This document shows positions 26,096 to 41,719 of a DNA stretch of 64,000 nucleotides, in pieces; position 1 is the first letter of the stretch, and every line of letters starts with the position of its first letter. The position numbers and the translations under genes were made by a program. Source of the DNA: Eledone cirrhosa (lineage: Eukaryota); assembly GCA_964016885.1 (NCBI GenBank), contig OZ024762.1, forward strand, positions 8,742,001-8,806,000, in the 5' to 3' direction. Under the pieces are notes generated by a model. It searched no databases. It saw only the letters and a list, made by a program, of their open reading frames with translations, and was not told the DNA's origin.

Positions 26096-27131
26096 AATTC
26101 CATATATGGTCAAAGTGATTGTCAAAAGTCAGTAGTAATTCTGTGATTGCAAATTAGTAGGGGAGATGGTGGCTAAACTTGCCAGTAGGAGAAAGAGGGG
26201 AGGGGTGGAGTAGACCCAATCAAGCGTTGGTAGTGCCAGCTACAGCTGGGCATGAGGTCAAAGAAGATACTGGGGAGGGGGAGGAAGTCGGAACGGTAGG
26301 TAGAACAATGAGGGGTAAAAATATATATGAAAGAAAAAATACTGAGAGTGAAGAAAAGCGAATAAGTGTAAAGAAAAAAGTAAAGCAAGTTCTACGACCT
26401 AAGTCTCTAGCTATTGTTAGGCTAGATAAATAAATAAATAAATAAAGAAAGAAAGAAGTAAAGAAAGAAATAAAGAAATAACGAAATAAGTAAATGAACT
26501 AGGTGGGACGGAATAGGCAAGGACCCTTTTAAGAGGTATAAGTACGTAAATCATACGGTGACAGGTCAACAAATGGGGCCAAAATACTAAAGAGACTACC
26601 ACGAAATAAATAATAAAGGTTTCTATCCCGGGCACAATGCCAGCAACCACCCAGTGCAGCAAAGTAAACTAGTACGAGATAATAATTCTGAGTCCCGAAA
26701 AAAATATATACTAATGCTAACTCTAAAAGATCTTAAACAAGCTACATGAAAGTTCGTACGAAGTAAAGGTAGAATACGGAAAAATAAATTCAGAATCCAC
26801 CCCGCCCAAAAGAAAAGCGAAGAAAGAAATACTGAAACGAGAAAATAAGGCGTAGTGCCACTAAGAAATATAGAAGGCACGGAAAATAGTGGGAGCGGTC
26901 GGAAAAAGGGGGCAAGTATCCGGGGTCTAAACCAACTGCTAGAAAAGACGCCTTAGTACCCCCACCCCCTCCCCTAGTCTATGATAGATTTGGCGGACTC
27001 CGCTTTTTATAGCAGTTGGTTTAGACCCCGGATACTTGCCCCCTTTTTCCGACCGCTCCCACTATTTTCCGTGCCTTCTATATTTCTTAGTGGCACTACA
27101 CCTTATTTTCTCGTTTCAGTATTTCTTTCTT
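26014..27131 (-). mobile_element. Long (~1 kb) non-coding body of family B, with a 5' inversion (arms 26820-26950 and 27001-27131)
   Basis: Begins with family-B HHR sequence at 26014; ~130-bp near-perfect inverted repeat at the far end; no RT/GIY-YIG ORF recognised. Confidence 0.65.
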
Positions 27132-27326
27132 TGGGGGTATTCAAGGTAGCACAGTGTGTGGCATGGCTGACCCTCTCAACTACAGGTCGTCTTAATCCTC
27201 TTCAGGGTGGTGCCACAGCATGTCCGCAGTCCAAAGACGGAAACCAGTAAAAGAAGAAAATAATGTAAGAAAGGTATTTTGTTCGCCAGTCTATTGAATT
27301 TCCACAGCTCCGTCAGACCAGCCTTT

Positions 27327-27327
<1 letters not shown>

Positions 27328-27370
<43 letters not shown>

Positions 27371-27398
27371 GCTGCTGCTGCTACTGCTACTACTGCTA

Positions 27399-27431
<33 letters not shown>

Positions 27432-27488
27432 ATACTACTACTACCACTACTGCTACTACTGCTACTACTACCACTACTGCTACTGCTT

Positions 27489-27531
<43 letters not shown>

Positions 27532-27599
27532 CACTACTACTACTATTATTGCTGCTGCTACTTCCACCACTACTACTACTGCTACTACTACCACTACTG

Positions 27600-27651
<52 letters not shown>

Positions 27652-27800
27652 CACTACTACTACTATTATTGCTGCTGCTACTTCCACCACTACTACTACT
27701 GCTACTGCTACTACTACTACTACTACTAGTACTACTACTATAAAACCATCATTAACAACAACAACAACAACAACTACAACAACAACAACAACACAAACAA
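27328..27800. repeat. (CTA/CTG)n and (CAA)n microsatellites
   Basis: Direct inspection. Confidence 0.95.
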
Positions 27801-28100
27801 GATTAGCTGTAAAAAACTGAAGTTCTTGCTGGGCAACGCCCGAGTAATGTTCTTAATCTGCGACAGTATAATCGATTTGTATGTGTTAATATACATACAT
27901 ATATATATATAGACATGTATACAATGTCTATATATAGACATATATATGTATGTATACACACACACACATATATATATATATATAGACACACACATATATA
28001 TATTTATATATATGCATATATATGCATATATATGCATATATATGTCAATACCTGACATGTATGTATATATATATGTATATATATATATATAAATATATAT

Positions 28101-28292
28101 ATTTTTTATTTTATAGAAGGAGCTTCTACAGGACTAGTACTGTTTCATTCAGATGAAATCTTCAGGGCTTCCTGAAGATTTCATCTGAATGAAACAGTAC
28201 TAGTCCTGTAGAAGCTCCTTCTATAAAATAAAAATTTTTTACTCTGCCATGTATTGAGTACCTTACTTACTGTGGTTATCCCTGACTCAACC
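28101..28292 (+). mobile_element. Family-A terminus with a perfect fold-back (arms 28101-28166 and 28171-28236)
   Basis: Direct reverse-complement match; followed by the family-A 3' end gtattgagtaccttacttactgtggttatccc. Confidence 0.85.
28165..28217 (+). ncRNA. Complete type I hammerhead ribozyme (family A)
   Basis: GGGCTTC-CTGAAGA-T TTC ATCT GAA T-GAAA-CAG TACTAGTC CTG-TA-GAAGCTC; 7-bp stem I, predicted GUA cleavage after 28210. Confidence 0.8.
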
Positions 28293-28358
28293 CGGGACCT
28301 ACGTATAAATATATATATATATATAGACACACATATATATATGCATATATATATATAT

Positions 28359-28570
28359 ATAGGAACAAGTATGACCCCGACGGCAGAGCTCAAGCCGTTT
28401 CGACGGCTATTTCTTGGACTGAAATAGCAGTCTAGAAATAGCCGTCGAAACGGCTTGAGCTCTGCCGTCGGGGTCATACTTGTTCCTATTACCCACTCTA
28501 CTACCCTAAGTATTGAGTACTTTGGTGCGTTATGGTCCATCTGGTTCCTTACCACAATTCCTTCGTTATA
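28359..28570 (+). mobile_element. Family-B terminus with a fold-back (arms ~28359-28414 and 28434-28489)
   Basis: Inverted copies of the HHR 3' half GAAATAGCCGTC-GAAA-CGGC..GCCG-TC-GGGGTC. Confidence 0.8.
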
Positions 28571-28734
28571 TATATATATATATATATAATATATAAGATC
28601 AAAAGATGGTTAAAAGATTTCCATCTTTTGATCTTATATATTATTTATAATCCAGTCCTACAAACTGTAGAGTGCTACTTATCCGATATCTGCATTGCTT
28701 TATCGTACTACAATAAAACTCACCTCCTATATAT

Positions 28735-28860
28735 GAAGGCGTGTGGCTGAGTGGTTAGAGAATTGGATTCGCAATCATAAGGTTGTGAGTTCGATTCCTG
28801 GACCAGGCGATGCGTTATGTCCTTGGGCAAGACACTTTATTTCACGTTGCTCCTTCTACC
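28735..28860 (+). mobile_element. SINE 5' part (family of 8400-8722)
   Basis: A box gtggctgagtggtt, B box gagttcgattcc, then tgtccttgggcaagacactttatttcacgttgctcc. Confidence 0.8.
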
Positions 28861-28952
28861 TGGAGTTGCGACCGATAGATAGTATTAGCAATTGGAAAGA
28901 CCAACGGAAACATTGTTCCCTCGGTCCGATTTGACGAAAGTCGATCGTTTAA

Positions 28953-28992
<40 letters not shown>

Positions 28993-29409
28993 TGGCTCAC
29001 CAGTCGCATTCTTCAATTTGTCAAGTTATCTAACATATGTTATAACTCTAAGGTGTCACAACCTTATTGAGTCCTTTGCTGCAGATTCCTGATTGTATAT
29101 CGTTAGCTTGGCCACAGCTAAAACTTCGATTTTACTAAACTTCCATTTATATATATATATATACATTACAGGGGGTCTGACGAGCTGCGGATTACACAGT
29201 CGGTTAGATCGATACAGATCGAATCATTAAATAAACATATAAATCAATAAATCAATGGTATTGTTAATTAATAAATAAATTAACTAATACCTTAACACTT
29301 GACACAAAGTAAAATACTTTGTTTTCAACATTTTCTATCCCAGAAAAAAAGAGAAAAAATTAAGGAAAACATTTTTTTTTTCTTCCTAATAATCGTTTTT
29401 TTTTTCTCG

Positions 29410-29457
<48 letters not shown>

Positions 29458-29512
29458 CGTGTCTTTATGTGAATAAGCAGTCAAGTAAAAGACATTGGCT
29501 CTTTGAAGAGCA

Positions 29513-29596
<84 letters not shown>

Positions 29597-29653
29597 GACG
29601 TGTCTTTATGTGGATAAGCAGTCAAGTAAAGGACATTGGCTCTTTGAAGAGCA

Positions 29654-29696
<43 letters not shown>

Positions 29697-29716
29697 TATA
29701 CATATATATATTTGAT

Positions 29717-29790
<74 letters not shown>

Positions 29791-30307
29791 TATCTGTATT
29801 TTTAACCGCTGGTCAATCAAGGATAAACATTGATTGCCAAATATATTAACTATATAGATATATTAACTATGGCTGCAATTCGATTTCGACTAATGCTATC
29901 GATTGATATTTAAGCATGGACATGGCTTTTTAAACCTGCTAGGGACTTGCCTATGGCCAGCAATACCATGCATCGCAAGAAATGTCACATATCAAGCGAT
30001 GGCTGTGATTGAAGCTTTTTTAAGTGAGGGAAGGCTTTGCAGGAGCCAATCCCACTCTCTGAACATCGAATGCTTTTGCCCAAAAAGGAGAACTGGTCTA
30101 CATCATTGGATGCAAACGAAGTCGCAGGTTTTATATCAGAGTGACCTTCTTCTAGAGAGATGTCTTACATAGAAACATACATACGTATACATATATATAT
30201 ACATATATATATATAGATATACATATATATATACATATATATATAGAGATATACATATATATATATATATAGATATACATATATATATATATATAGATAT
30301 ACATATA

Positions 30308-30343
<36 letters not shown>

Positions 30344-30350
30344 GATATAC

Positions 30351-30387
<37 letters not shown>

Positions 30388-30424
30388 GATATATATATAT
30401 AGATATACATATATATAGATATAC

Positions 30425-30489
<65 letters not shown>

Positions 30490-30517
30490 AAAGTTTTATA
30501 TAAAATTGTTGGGTTAT

Positions 30518-30668
30518 AACAAGTAAATATTTTATAACTGATATAAAGCACTCGACAAGTTTTGGAGTTACAACAAGTAAATATTTCATAACTGATATAA
30601 AGCACTCGACAAGTTTTGGAGTTACAACAAGTAAATATTTTATAACTGATATAAAGCACTCGACAAAT
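30518..30668. repeat. ~55-bp tandem triplication of a family-E terminal segment
   Basis: acaagtaaatattttataactgatataaagcactcgacaag x3; homologous to the reverse of 34455-34500. Confidence 0.8.
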
Positions 30669-30676
30669 TTAATATC

Positions 30677-30749
<73 letters not shown>

Positions 30750-30750
<1 letters not shown>

Positions 30751-31326
30751 ATATACCGTATGTTTAATGAAAAACATTTTGAAGACCTTGCGCTATCATT
30801 TTAAAGTAGTGGCTATGTCACTTACTTCTTTTTTCGGCAAAGGAAGGGAGAGAAGCTGACAGATTCTGTTTTACACTGTTGGTGTTCCTCAGAGTAACAC
30901 TGAGTCTGCTGAAAATTATAGAGGCTGGATTCTTATAGAATTCCAGTAATAACCAGGAACTGATTATACAGAGCGATTGCCGGTCCAGCAAAAATTAAAA
31001 ATTAGGATTGGTGCTCTGAAATAGCGATGTATACATGAATGTATGTATAGTATATTTGGGAATATACCGTATATTTAATTAAAAGCATTTTGAAGACCTT
31101 GCTCTGAGGAACACCAACAGTGTGAAACAGAATCATTTTAAAGTAGTGACTATGTCACTTACTTCTTTTTTTGGCAAAAGAAGGGAGAGAAGCTGACAGA
31201 TTCTGTTTCACATTGTTGGTGTTCCTCAGAGCAACGTTTCAAAATGTTTTTAATTAAACATACGGTATATTCCCAAATATACTATACATACATTCATGTA
31301 TACATCGCTATTTCAGAGCACCAATC

Positions 31327-31331
<5 letters not shown>
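30750..31331. mobile_element. HHR-element family I: tandem plus inverted arrangement (arms 31001-31134 and 31199-31331)
   Basis: Direct repeat 30750-30895/31063-31235 and inverted arms; three HHR copies; (TA)n on both sides. Confidence 0.85.
31192..31232 (-). ncRNA. Type I hammerhead ribozyme (family I, CUGAGGA core, GUC site)
   Basis: Minus: GCT-CTGAGGA-ACAC CAACA ATGT-GAAA-CAG AAT CTG-TC-AGC; a G12A-mutated copy at ~30855-30895(-) and a truncated copy at 31101-31134(+). Confidence 0.8.
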
Positions 31332-31383
<52 letters not shown>

Positions 31384-31735
31384 GAAAGTATAGAAACTGT
31401 TGTGAGCGTGAAGCCAACAGGATTTCATAATATATATAAGTGACTATAACGTCAAAATGGAAAATAATTAACGTAAGATGTGGGAAAATAATTCAAACTT
31501 AATTCAAAAAAATCAAGACATAGATTTATCCATAGAATTTTGTGAAATCCATGGAAAAATCAATAGAGCCTTAACTCAGAATAAAATAAAGTTTAAATAA
31601 CTATTTGATTTGTGGTCTTGCGGTCCCAGTAGCGCAGATTATAATCTGCACACATACATAATACGTACAGACACACACTTATGTATATATATATATATAT
31701 ATATGTATACATATTTGTGTGGGCGTATGTGTGTG

Positions 31736-31783
<48 letters not shown>

Positions 31784-31874
31784 GGAAAAATTTGAACAGG
31801 GACAAAACAGAGAGGCAGTACAACGAATGTTTATTAATTTCACGCTCTGGAGAGTGGGGTGTTGGTGGGGGACA

Positions 31875-31943
<69 letters not shown>

Positions 31944-32384
31944 TATATATATATACATATATACATATATACTTGTGTGTTGAAGCGAAAACCAACCAAA
32001 CAATGAGTGTGTTGTTCTGTTATTATTTCTGGCAATATTATTACAACAATATGACCCTCCCCAAGTATAACAATATATATATATATATAGAGAGAGAGAG
32101 ATAGACAGTTAGATAGATAGATATATGTGTGTGTGTGAGAAACAAAAAATGAATATATAAATAAGATCAATAGAAGCTCCAAGGCTAGAAGTTGACAAAT
32201 CTATTTAAAGATATGTAGGGCAGTCTTGTCACATTACTGTGTTCTATTATGTAGGCAATATATATTATCTATGTAACCAGTATCAGTTACCTATGTATTA
32301 TAATGATTGTACTGGAAACTTTGTCCATCTGTCACACACGAATGCGGCGAATTAGAAGGTTACAATGGATGACACAGCGAAATA

Positions 32385-32830
32385 TTTCGAATGTTACCCC
32401 AACAACTGTCTGATCCAGTTGTAGGGATATGGACACTGTCAAATATTTCTGAGGTCCAAATGTCTGGAGCTACACTCTAACAACTGGCTATACCAGTTAC
32501 GAGGAGATGGACAAAGCCTAACATATCTAGGACCCATTTTAAACGCCATGATGGACGCCAAACTGCCAAATATCTAGAGTTACTCCCCAACAACTGGCTG
32601 TACAAGTTATAGGGTGATGGACACTGTCAAACATTTCTAAGGTTCACTGAAACGCCATGATGAACAACATACAGTCAAAACTATACAATAACACCCCAAT
32701 GACTGACTGTACCAATTATAGGGAGCTAAGCACCACGAAGCGTTTCTAAGGCCCACTAAAATGCCATGATAGCCGACATACAATCAAATGTCTACAGTGA
32801 CACCTCAACGTCTGGCTGTACCAGTAACGA
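32385..32830. repeat. Old, diverged ~110-bp tandem repeat (4-5 units), each with a hairpin
   Basis: Recurrent caacaactggctgtaccagttataggg / gccatgat / atttctaagg at ~32401, 32479, 32589, 32699 and 32808. Confidence 0.7.
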
Positions 32831-33107
32831 ATATTTGATTGATTGTTGATAAAAGTATTGATTTGAAATTCAATAGAATATTTGACAAACCTTGTCAACA
32901 TGGGAGATTCATTGAATCAAATTTAGGAATTCCTCTAGAAGCAACAAGGCGTTTTTTAAAAATAACATTATAGATATTTTCTATTGCTATATCGATTATT
33001 AGGACGGTGGATCGGATAGAATGCTTAGCGAGGTCAATTTTATCTTTCATCCTTTTGAGGTCGATAAAAAAAGTACTAGTCCAGTACTGGGATCAATTCT
33101 TCTTCTT

Positions 33108-33602
33108 ATTCTTCTTTTCTTCGCCCACGTATTCCTGGGAGGGTCATGGAGGCAGAATCTTCAAACACTGCCCCCCCCCCCCCCCCCCCCAGTGGGTCCT
33201 GTCAAAAGCAACCGTCTCCAACTGATCCGGCTGGACCCTGAAGCGTGACCAGCCGAGCTCATGGATGTTATCTAACCAACTTGCTCGGGGTCTACCTCTG
33301 GGTCAGGAGACATGTTGGTTTCGTTCGTAAATTCTGTCCAGCGATTTTTCCTGAGACATTCTAACCACATGGCCATAGTATCAGAGCTGTGATCTCTCAA
33401 TTCGGAAAAGTAGAAGCTTTACATGGAGTGACTATCCAGCGATTCTTTCCTGAGACATTCTAACCACATGGCCAGAGTATCGGGGCTGTGATCTCTCAAT
33501 TCGGAAAAGTAGTAGCTTTACATGGAGTGACTATCCAGCGATTCTTTCCTGAGACATTCTAACCACATGGCCAGAGTATCGGGGCTGTTATCTCTCAATT
33601 CG
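33108..33602 (-). mobile_element. RTE LINE 3' fragment with a ~99-bp internal triplication and (AAG)n-like tail
   Basis: Minus: RIERSQL..YGHVVRMSQE..AGQ...GRPRASWLDNIHELGW; same family as 61930-62957. Confidence 0.85.
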
Positions 33603-34106
33603 CTTACTCTCTGTCCTTCTTTGGAAGAAAGCTGCTGTATTTAGAACTAGAGAAAAGATGGGCATCGTCCAGGTTTTAAAAGAAATACCCTAGAAGCGCC
33701 GCATGTCAACACGGCACCCCAACGACTTCCCCATGAGTTAAGGGATCATGCAAACCTGCATATCGATTATTAAGGAAGCGAATTGGCGTTATAGTCGTAT
33801 AGCAAAACGGATAGAATGCTTTGCGGGATTCGTTCCAAATCTCAGCTCTCTGAATCTCTGAATTCAAAACTTGCCGGGAATAACGTTGACATTCATCCTT
33901 TCGATGTACCAGTTCTGGGGCCGGGTCTTCCTTCCCTAACCCGTCTCTCTCACCCTCTCTTTTTCTCTCTCTCTCTCTCCTTCCCCCCTCTCTCTCTATC
34001 TCTCACCCCTTCTTTAGAAGAAATGGGCTCTGCTAGTTTATATAGATATCGAAGAAACGCCGTATGTCACTACAGCACAATTACGACTATATAAGAAGTT
34101 GCAGAT

Positions 34107-34185
<79 letters not shown>

Positions 34186-34186
34186 C

Positions 34187-34287
<101 letters not shown>

Positions 34288-34347
34288 GAAACTTGAACTG
34301 TTAAGGTCTCATTCCTGGATATGTCAATATTTATAAAATAAAATTTG

Positions 34348-34408
34348 TATTTTATCTGATGAGTGCGTACCCAAGTTTTGGTACCCTTGCAATATATATA
34401 ATAGAATA
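34348..34408 (+). ncRNA. Family-E hammerhead with a GAAA->GCAA mutation (probably inactive)
   Basis: TATTTTAT-CTGATGA-GTGC GTACC..GGTAC CCTT-GCAA-TATATA-TA-ATAGAATA. Confidence 0.7.
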
Positions 34409-34540
34409 AATATGGTTTTATAAATATAGTTTTCGTTCATTAATATCATTGATATTATACTCCAGAAAATTTGTCGAGTGCTTCGAATCTGTTATAAATA
34501 TATATATTTGTTGAATTACCAACAAATTAAATAGCCCTTT

Positions 34541-34626
<86 letters not shown>

Positions 34627-34686
34627 TTATGTATATATATGTATATATATGTATATATATATATATATATACGTATATATATATGT

Positions 34687-34770
<84 letters not shown>

Positions 34771-35257
34771 GGATGCAAAGATCGAGACAAATACTCACAC
34801 AGAATTACGTACACACCCACAAAACATATACAAACAACTTACACACACACACCTACACACGCACACAGACACAGACACACATATATAGACAGTCCCACCT
34901 ACATCACCCAGACCTCACTCCTCACCACCACCACCACCGCCATCACACGCCCCACCAATCCCCACCAAACCAAAATACACATATAATGAATGGTAGCGAT
35001 GATATGTGAGTGACTGGCTTGAGGGAAAATGTCTGACTTTGATCGTTCATACGTCTGCTACCTGCTGTCAAGAGCGAAACCGAACACCATCCATCCACTG
35101 TCGAGGCTGAAGTATATGCCACAGTCTGTTTCACGTATAATTGAAGGTCGCTCCGTTGCCCATACATCAGGCGGTCAACATCAAAGAGAACTTCAATCTC
35201 ACCATTTTTCATATGGTTTCATTATATATATGTGTGTGTAGGTGTATGTATGAACGC

Positions 35258-35377
<120 letters not shown>

Positions 35378-35456
35378 ACATATATATATACACACACATA
35401 TATATTTATTTATATTATATATACATGTGATGTGTGTGTGTATGTGTGTATGTATT

Positions 35457-35490
<34 letters not shown>

Positions 35491-35540
35491 CATATACACA
35501 CACACGCATATATATATGTATATATGAATACATATGTGTC

Positions 35541-35589
<49 letters not shown>

Positions 35590-35949
35590 GTGTGTGTATA
35601 TATATATAATTTGTGTTTGTCTGACAAGAAACGTCTATACACGTTGGTATTTATAAAAGTGTGAGCATATGTGCGCATGCGTCACAAACGTGTCTGCGTC
35701 TATTTTCGTATGCATAATTAGACAAAAACGCACACACACACACACACAGTCTCACAGACTGACACACACACATTCCCATATACATACATACGTACATATA
35801 TATATATATATATATATGGTACAGGACTTTATATTAAGGTATATATCGGCGAAGCAATGTTTTCCAGGCGGGTTTAGCTAACTTTAACATTACCGATGTT
35901 GAAAAGTTCCTGTTATCAAAATGGCTGGCCTTGTGCCTAAATTAGGAAT

Positions 35950-36145
35950 CATTTTGGCAGTATCCGTAGAGGATCGGACGCCAAGCTTTGCAGCATAGAG
36001 TTATGGCCCTTTACATTCTGAGTTCAAATCCCGCCGAGGTTAACTTTGCCTGTCATCCTTACGAGGGCGATAAAATAAAGTACCAGTAGGGCACTGGGAG
36101 AATTGCAGGCTTTGTGCCATAATTAGAAACAATTATTATTATTAT
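35950..36145 (+). mobile_element. Meta-like SINE copy
   Basis: B box gagttcaaatccc, conserved core and (tta)n tail. Confidence 0.85.
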
Positions 36146-36619
36146 TGAATATTGATATCAAGTCTTTTCATAATATATGCACGGTGTTGTCGTTCATGTT
36201 GTTTGAAACTGCTAAACCGTCATCTCTATACAAACCGATTTCGTCTTATGAGGATGTCTACGTTGAACAGTCTCGCGGAATAGGTCGACCTCATTTGTAA
36301 TCAAATAGAAATTGAACTAGTACAATAGTGACATCCCATTGTTCATTAATTATGTTGGTATCGAGGTCACTAACATTCATCGCTTGTTGGGTAAATTCAA
36401 TGCAATTTTGGAATGTTCCCTACACATACACCTGGATCTGTAGAGAAATCCGTCTTATGGTCTTTAGAGGTAATAAGAGTTTACTCTACAGTGAAGTGCT
36501 CACAACGATCTCCTAATTTTGGCAGGAAGGTTATTTTCTTCGTTTCTAGTTTTATGGAATTCTAATTAGTAGACTGTTTATTTTATATGTTATACTCAAG
36601 TTATTTGGTAGAAGTAAAC

Positions 36620-36652
<33 letters not shown>

Positions 36653-36667
36653 TACATATATATATAC

Positions 36668-36700
<33 letters not shown>

Positions 36701-36720
36701 GACCCTCCATCTCAACTCTA

Positions 36721-36756
36721 CTTTTGAAAAGCAGAAGAACTGCGAAACCGGTAAAG
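36721..36756 (+). ncRNA. Minimal hammerhead with U3-A8 variant core (family J)
   Basis: CTT-TTGAAAA-GCAG AAGAA CTGC-GAAA-CCGG-TA-AAG; palindromic ACCGGT stem III. Confidence 0.65.
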
Positions 36757-36888
36757 GAACCAAATAAATATATATATTTAAAAAAAAAATAAGACTCCAG
36801 TTGCATTTTCGATTTCATCTTTTTTTCTTTATACTTTCACTCGTGTAGGACGCCTCGGTTATTTTTCATTTTGTAAAAAAAACCTCAC

Positions 36889-36982
<94 letters not shown>

Positions 36983-37370
36983 ATAGATAGACAGACAGAT
37001 AGATAGATAAAATGTAGAGCTCAGAATTTACAATAAAGGAATGAATCAGGCAAGGCAGTATACAGCACTCAAGCCTATTACATCTGTACACGAAAAAGAC
37101 GTTCAGAGTTGACCTAAGAACGGCTAAAACTATCAAACATTTATTTGGATAATATCGAAGATAGAAAACAGGGGAAAGAAAATACTCGATAATTAATTAG
37201 AAGGAAAGGTGGATTAAATGAACAGAAACGAGGAAGGGGATGATATAGATAATAAAGAAAAAATAGAGACTAAAAATATGGTAAACTTATCTGGAGAAGA
37301 GAAGGAAAATCAACTAAAAAACGATGAGATTCAGATATATGGTATTAAATCTGTTTAGCGCAGGCGATAC

Positions 37371-37431
<61 letters not shown>

Positions 37432-37436
<5 letters not shown>

Positions 37437-37801
37437 TACAAAATATTAACAAAAATAGACATTCGTGTGATCAAGTTTATTTTATTATACATATTTCAGA
37501 GGTACTGAGTTATCTTCAACAGTACGTCCTCATCAGATAAAATAAGATGATGCATAACATACTCTGACTTAGTAGATGGTTAAGATTCAATCATGGTAAT
37601 TTATCTGATGAGGACGTACTGTTGAAGATAGCTCAGTACCTCTGAAATATGTATAATAAAATATACTTGATCACACGAATGTCTATTTTTGTTAATATTT
37701 TGAATTAATATTAATAACTCTGGAAAACCATATCTGTTGAGTGGTTCCAATCTATTGTAAAACTCATTCTTTGATTTATTCATTGAACATTGATTAACCT
37801 T

Positions 37802-37803
<2 letters not shown>
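37432..37803. mobile_element. Family-E head-to-head inverted pair, each arm with an intact hammerhead (37480-37541 -, 37600-37659 +)
   Basis: TTTAT-CTGATGA-GGAC GTACTG ttgaagatagct CAGTAC CTCT-GAAA-TATGTA-TA-ATAAA and its reverse complement; (TA)n on both sides. Confidence 0.88.
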
Positions 37804-40350
<2,547 letters not shown>

Positions 40351-40379
40351 TCCTCAAAATATCTTTACAAAACCCTATC

Positions 40380-40440
40380 TATTCTATTATACGTATTTCA
40401 AGGGTACTAATATTTAAGTACGCTTTCGTCAGATAAAATA
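40380..40440 (-). ncRNA. Type I hammerhead ribozyme (family E)
   Basis: Minus: TATTTTAT-CTGACGA-AAG C GTACT taaatatt AGTAC C CTT-GAAA-TACGTA-TA-ATAGAATA. Confidence 0.88.
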
Positions 40441-40499
40441 TATTTGGTGTTAAGATAGTGACATATCTTCATGTGAAGTTAATGGTATAAGTCCAGTGA

Positions 40500-40806
<307 letters not shown>

Positions 40807-40923
40807 ATACATAAATAAGCTCTGTAACCTACATAGAGCACTCTTTTTTCCTGTACCTTTCCGACGGAATTACTTCATTTATATATATATATATATATAA
40901 ATGAAGTAATTCCGTATATAAAT

Positions 40924-41500
40924 ATGAGCATTACTGTCAGCAGCGATTTGCATTGGACGAAGCACGTCTCTAGAATTGTCAATATGGCCGAGGGTGTCTT
41001 AGCATCACTCAGCAAGACCTTTGTCAGCCGCTCTCCAGCTATCTATTTAAAGCTGTATAGCTATGGTGCGGCCACACTTAGAATTTGCATCACCAGTCTG
41101 GAACCCCTATCTTGCTCAGAATATTGACCACCTGGAAACTGTGTCCATGTAGGCATGCCTACAAAGTCAGAAAACAGCACAGTTCTCATGACTTTCGGAA
41201 AGATTTTTTCACGCTAAGAGTTGCTGAAGCATGGAACAAACTACCTGCATCAGTTATTAGCTGCCGAGACACTGCATCCTTTAAAACCTCCATGCTTCCT
41301 GAAATTTGCCAACCCCATACCTGATATCCTCCCTCCATACATGCGCACAGCACACATGCATTTCATGACTCATACACTGTTCATTTTCCTTACATTTGAA
41401 CATTATTCTATGTACTATACATGCACCTTTGATGAATTGTAGTGCACCTGAACATTGAACATTGTACACAAACATTTCATTATTATTATTATCATTATCA
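40924..41500 (+). mobile_element. CR1-clade LINE 3' fragment (frameshifted, internal deletion) with 3' UTR and (ATT)n tail
   Basis: ITVSSDLHWTKHV...LKLY / MVRPHLEFASPVWNPY...IDHLE / FFTLRVAEAWNKLP. Confidence 0.88.
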
Positions 41501-41512
41501 TATATATATGTA

Positions 41513-41705
41513 AGGGCGGTGAATTGGCAGTATCGGTAGAGGGTTGGACGCCATGCTTTCTAGCATAGTTACGTCCCTTTACAGTCTGAGTTCAAATCCC
41601 GCCGAGGTTAACTTTGCCTTTCATCCTTACGGGGTCGATAAAATAAAAGTACCAGTAATGTACTGGGTAGTTGCTGGCCTTGTGCCTAAAGTAGAAACAA
41701 TTATC
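41513..41705 (+). mobile_element. Full-length Meta-like SINE
   Basis: A/B boxes, core and tail present. Confidence 0.88.
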
Positions 41706-41719
41706 ATATATATATGTAT

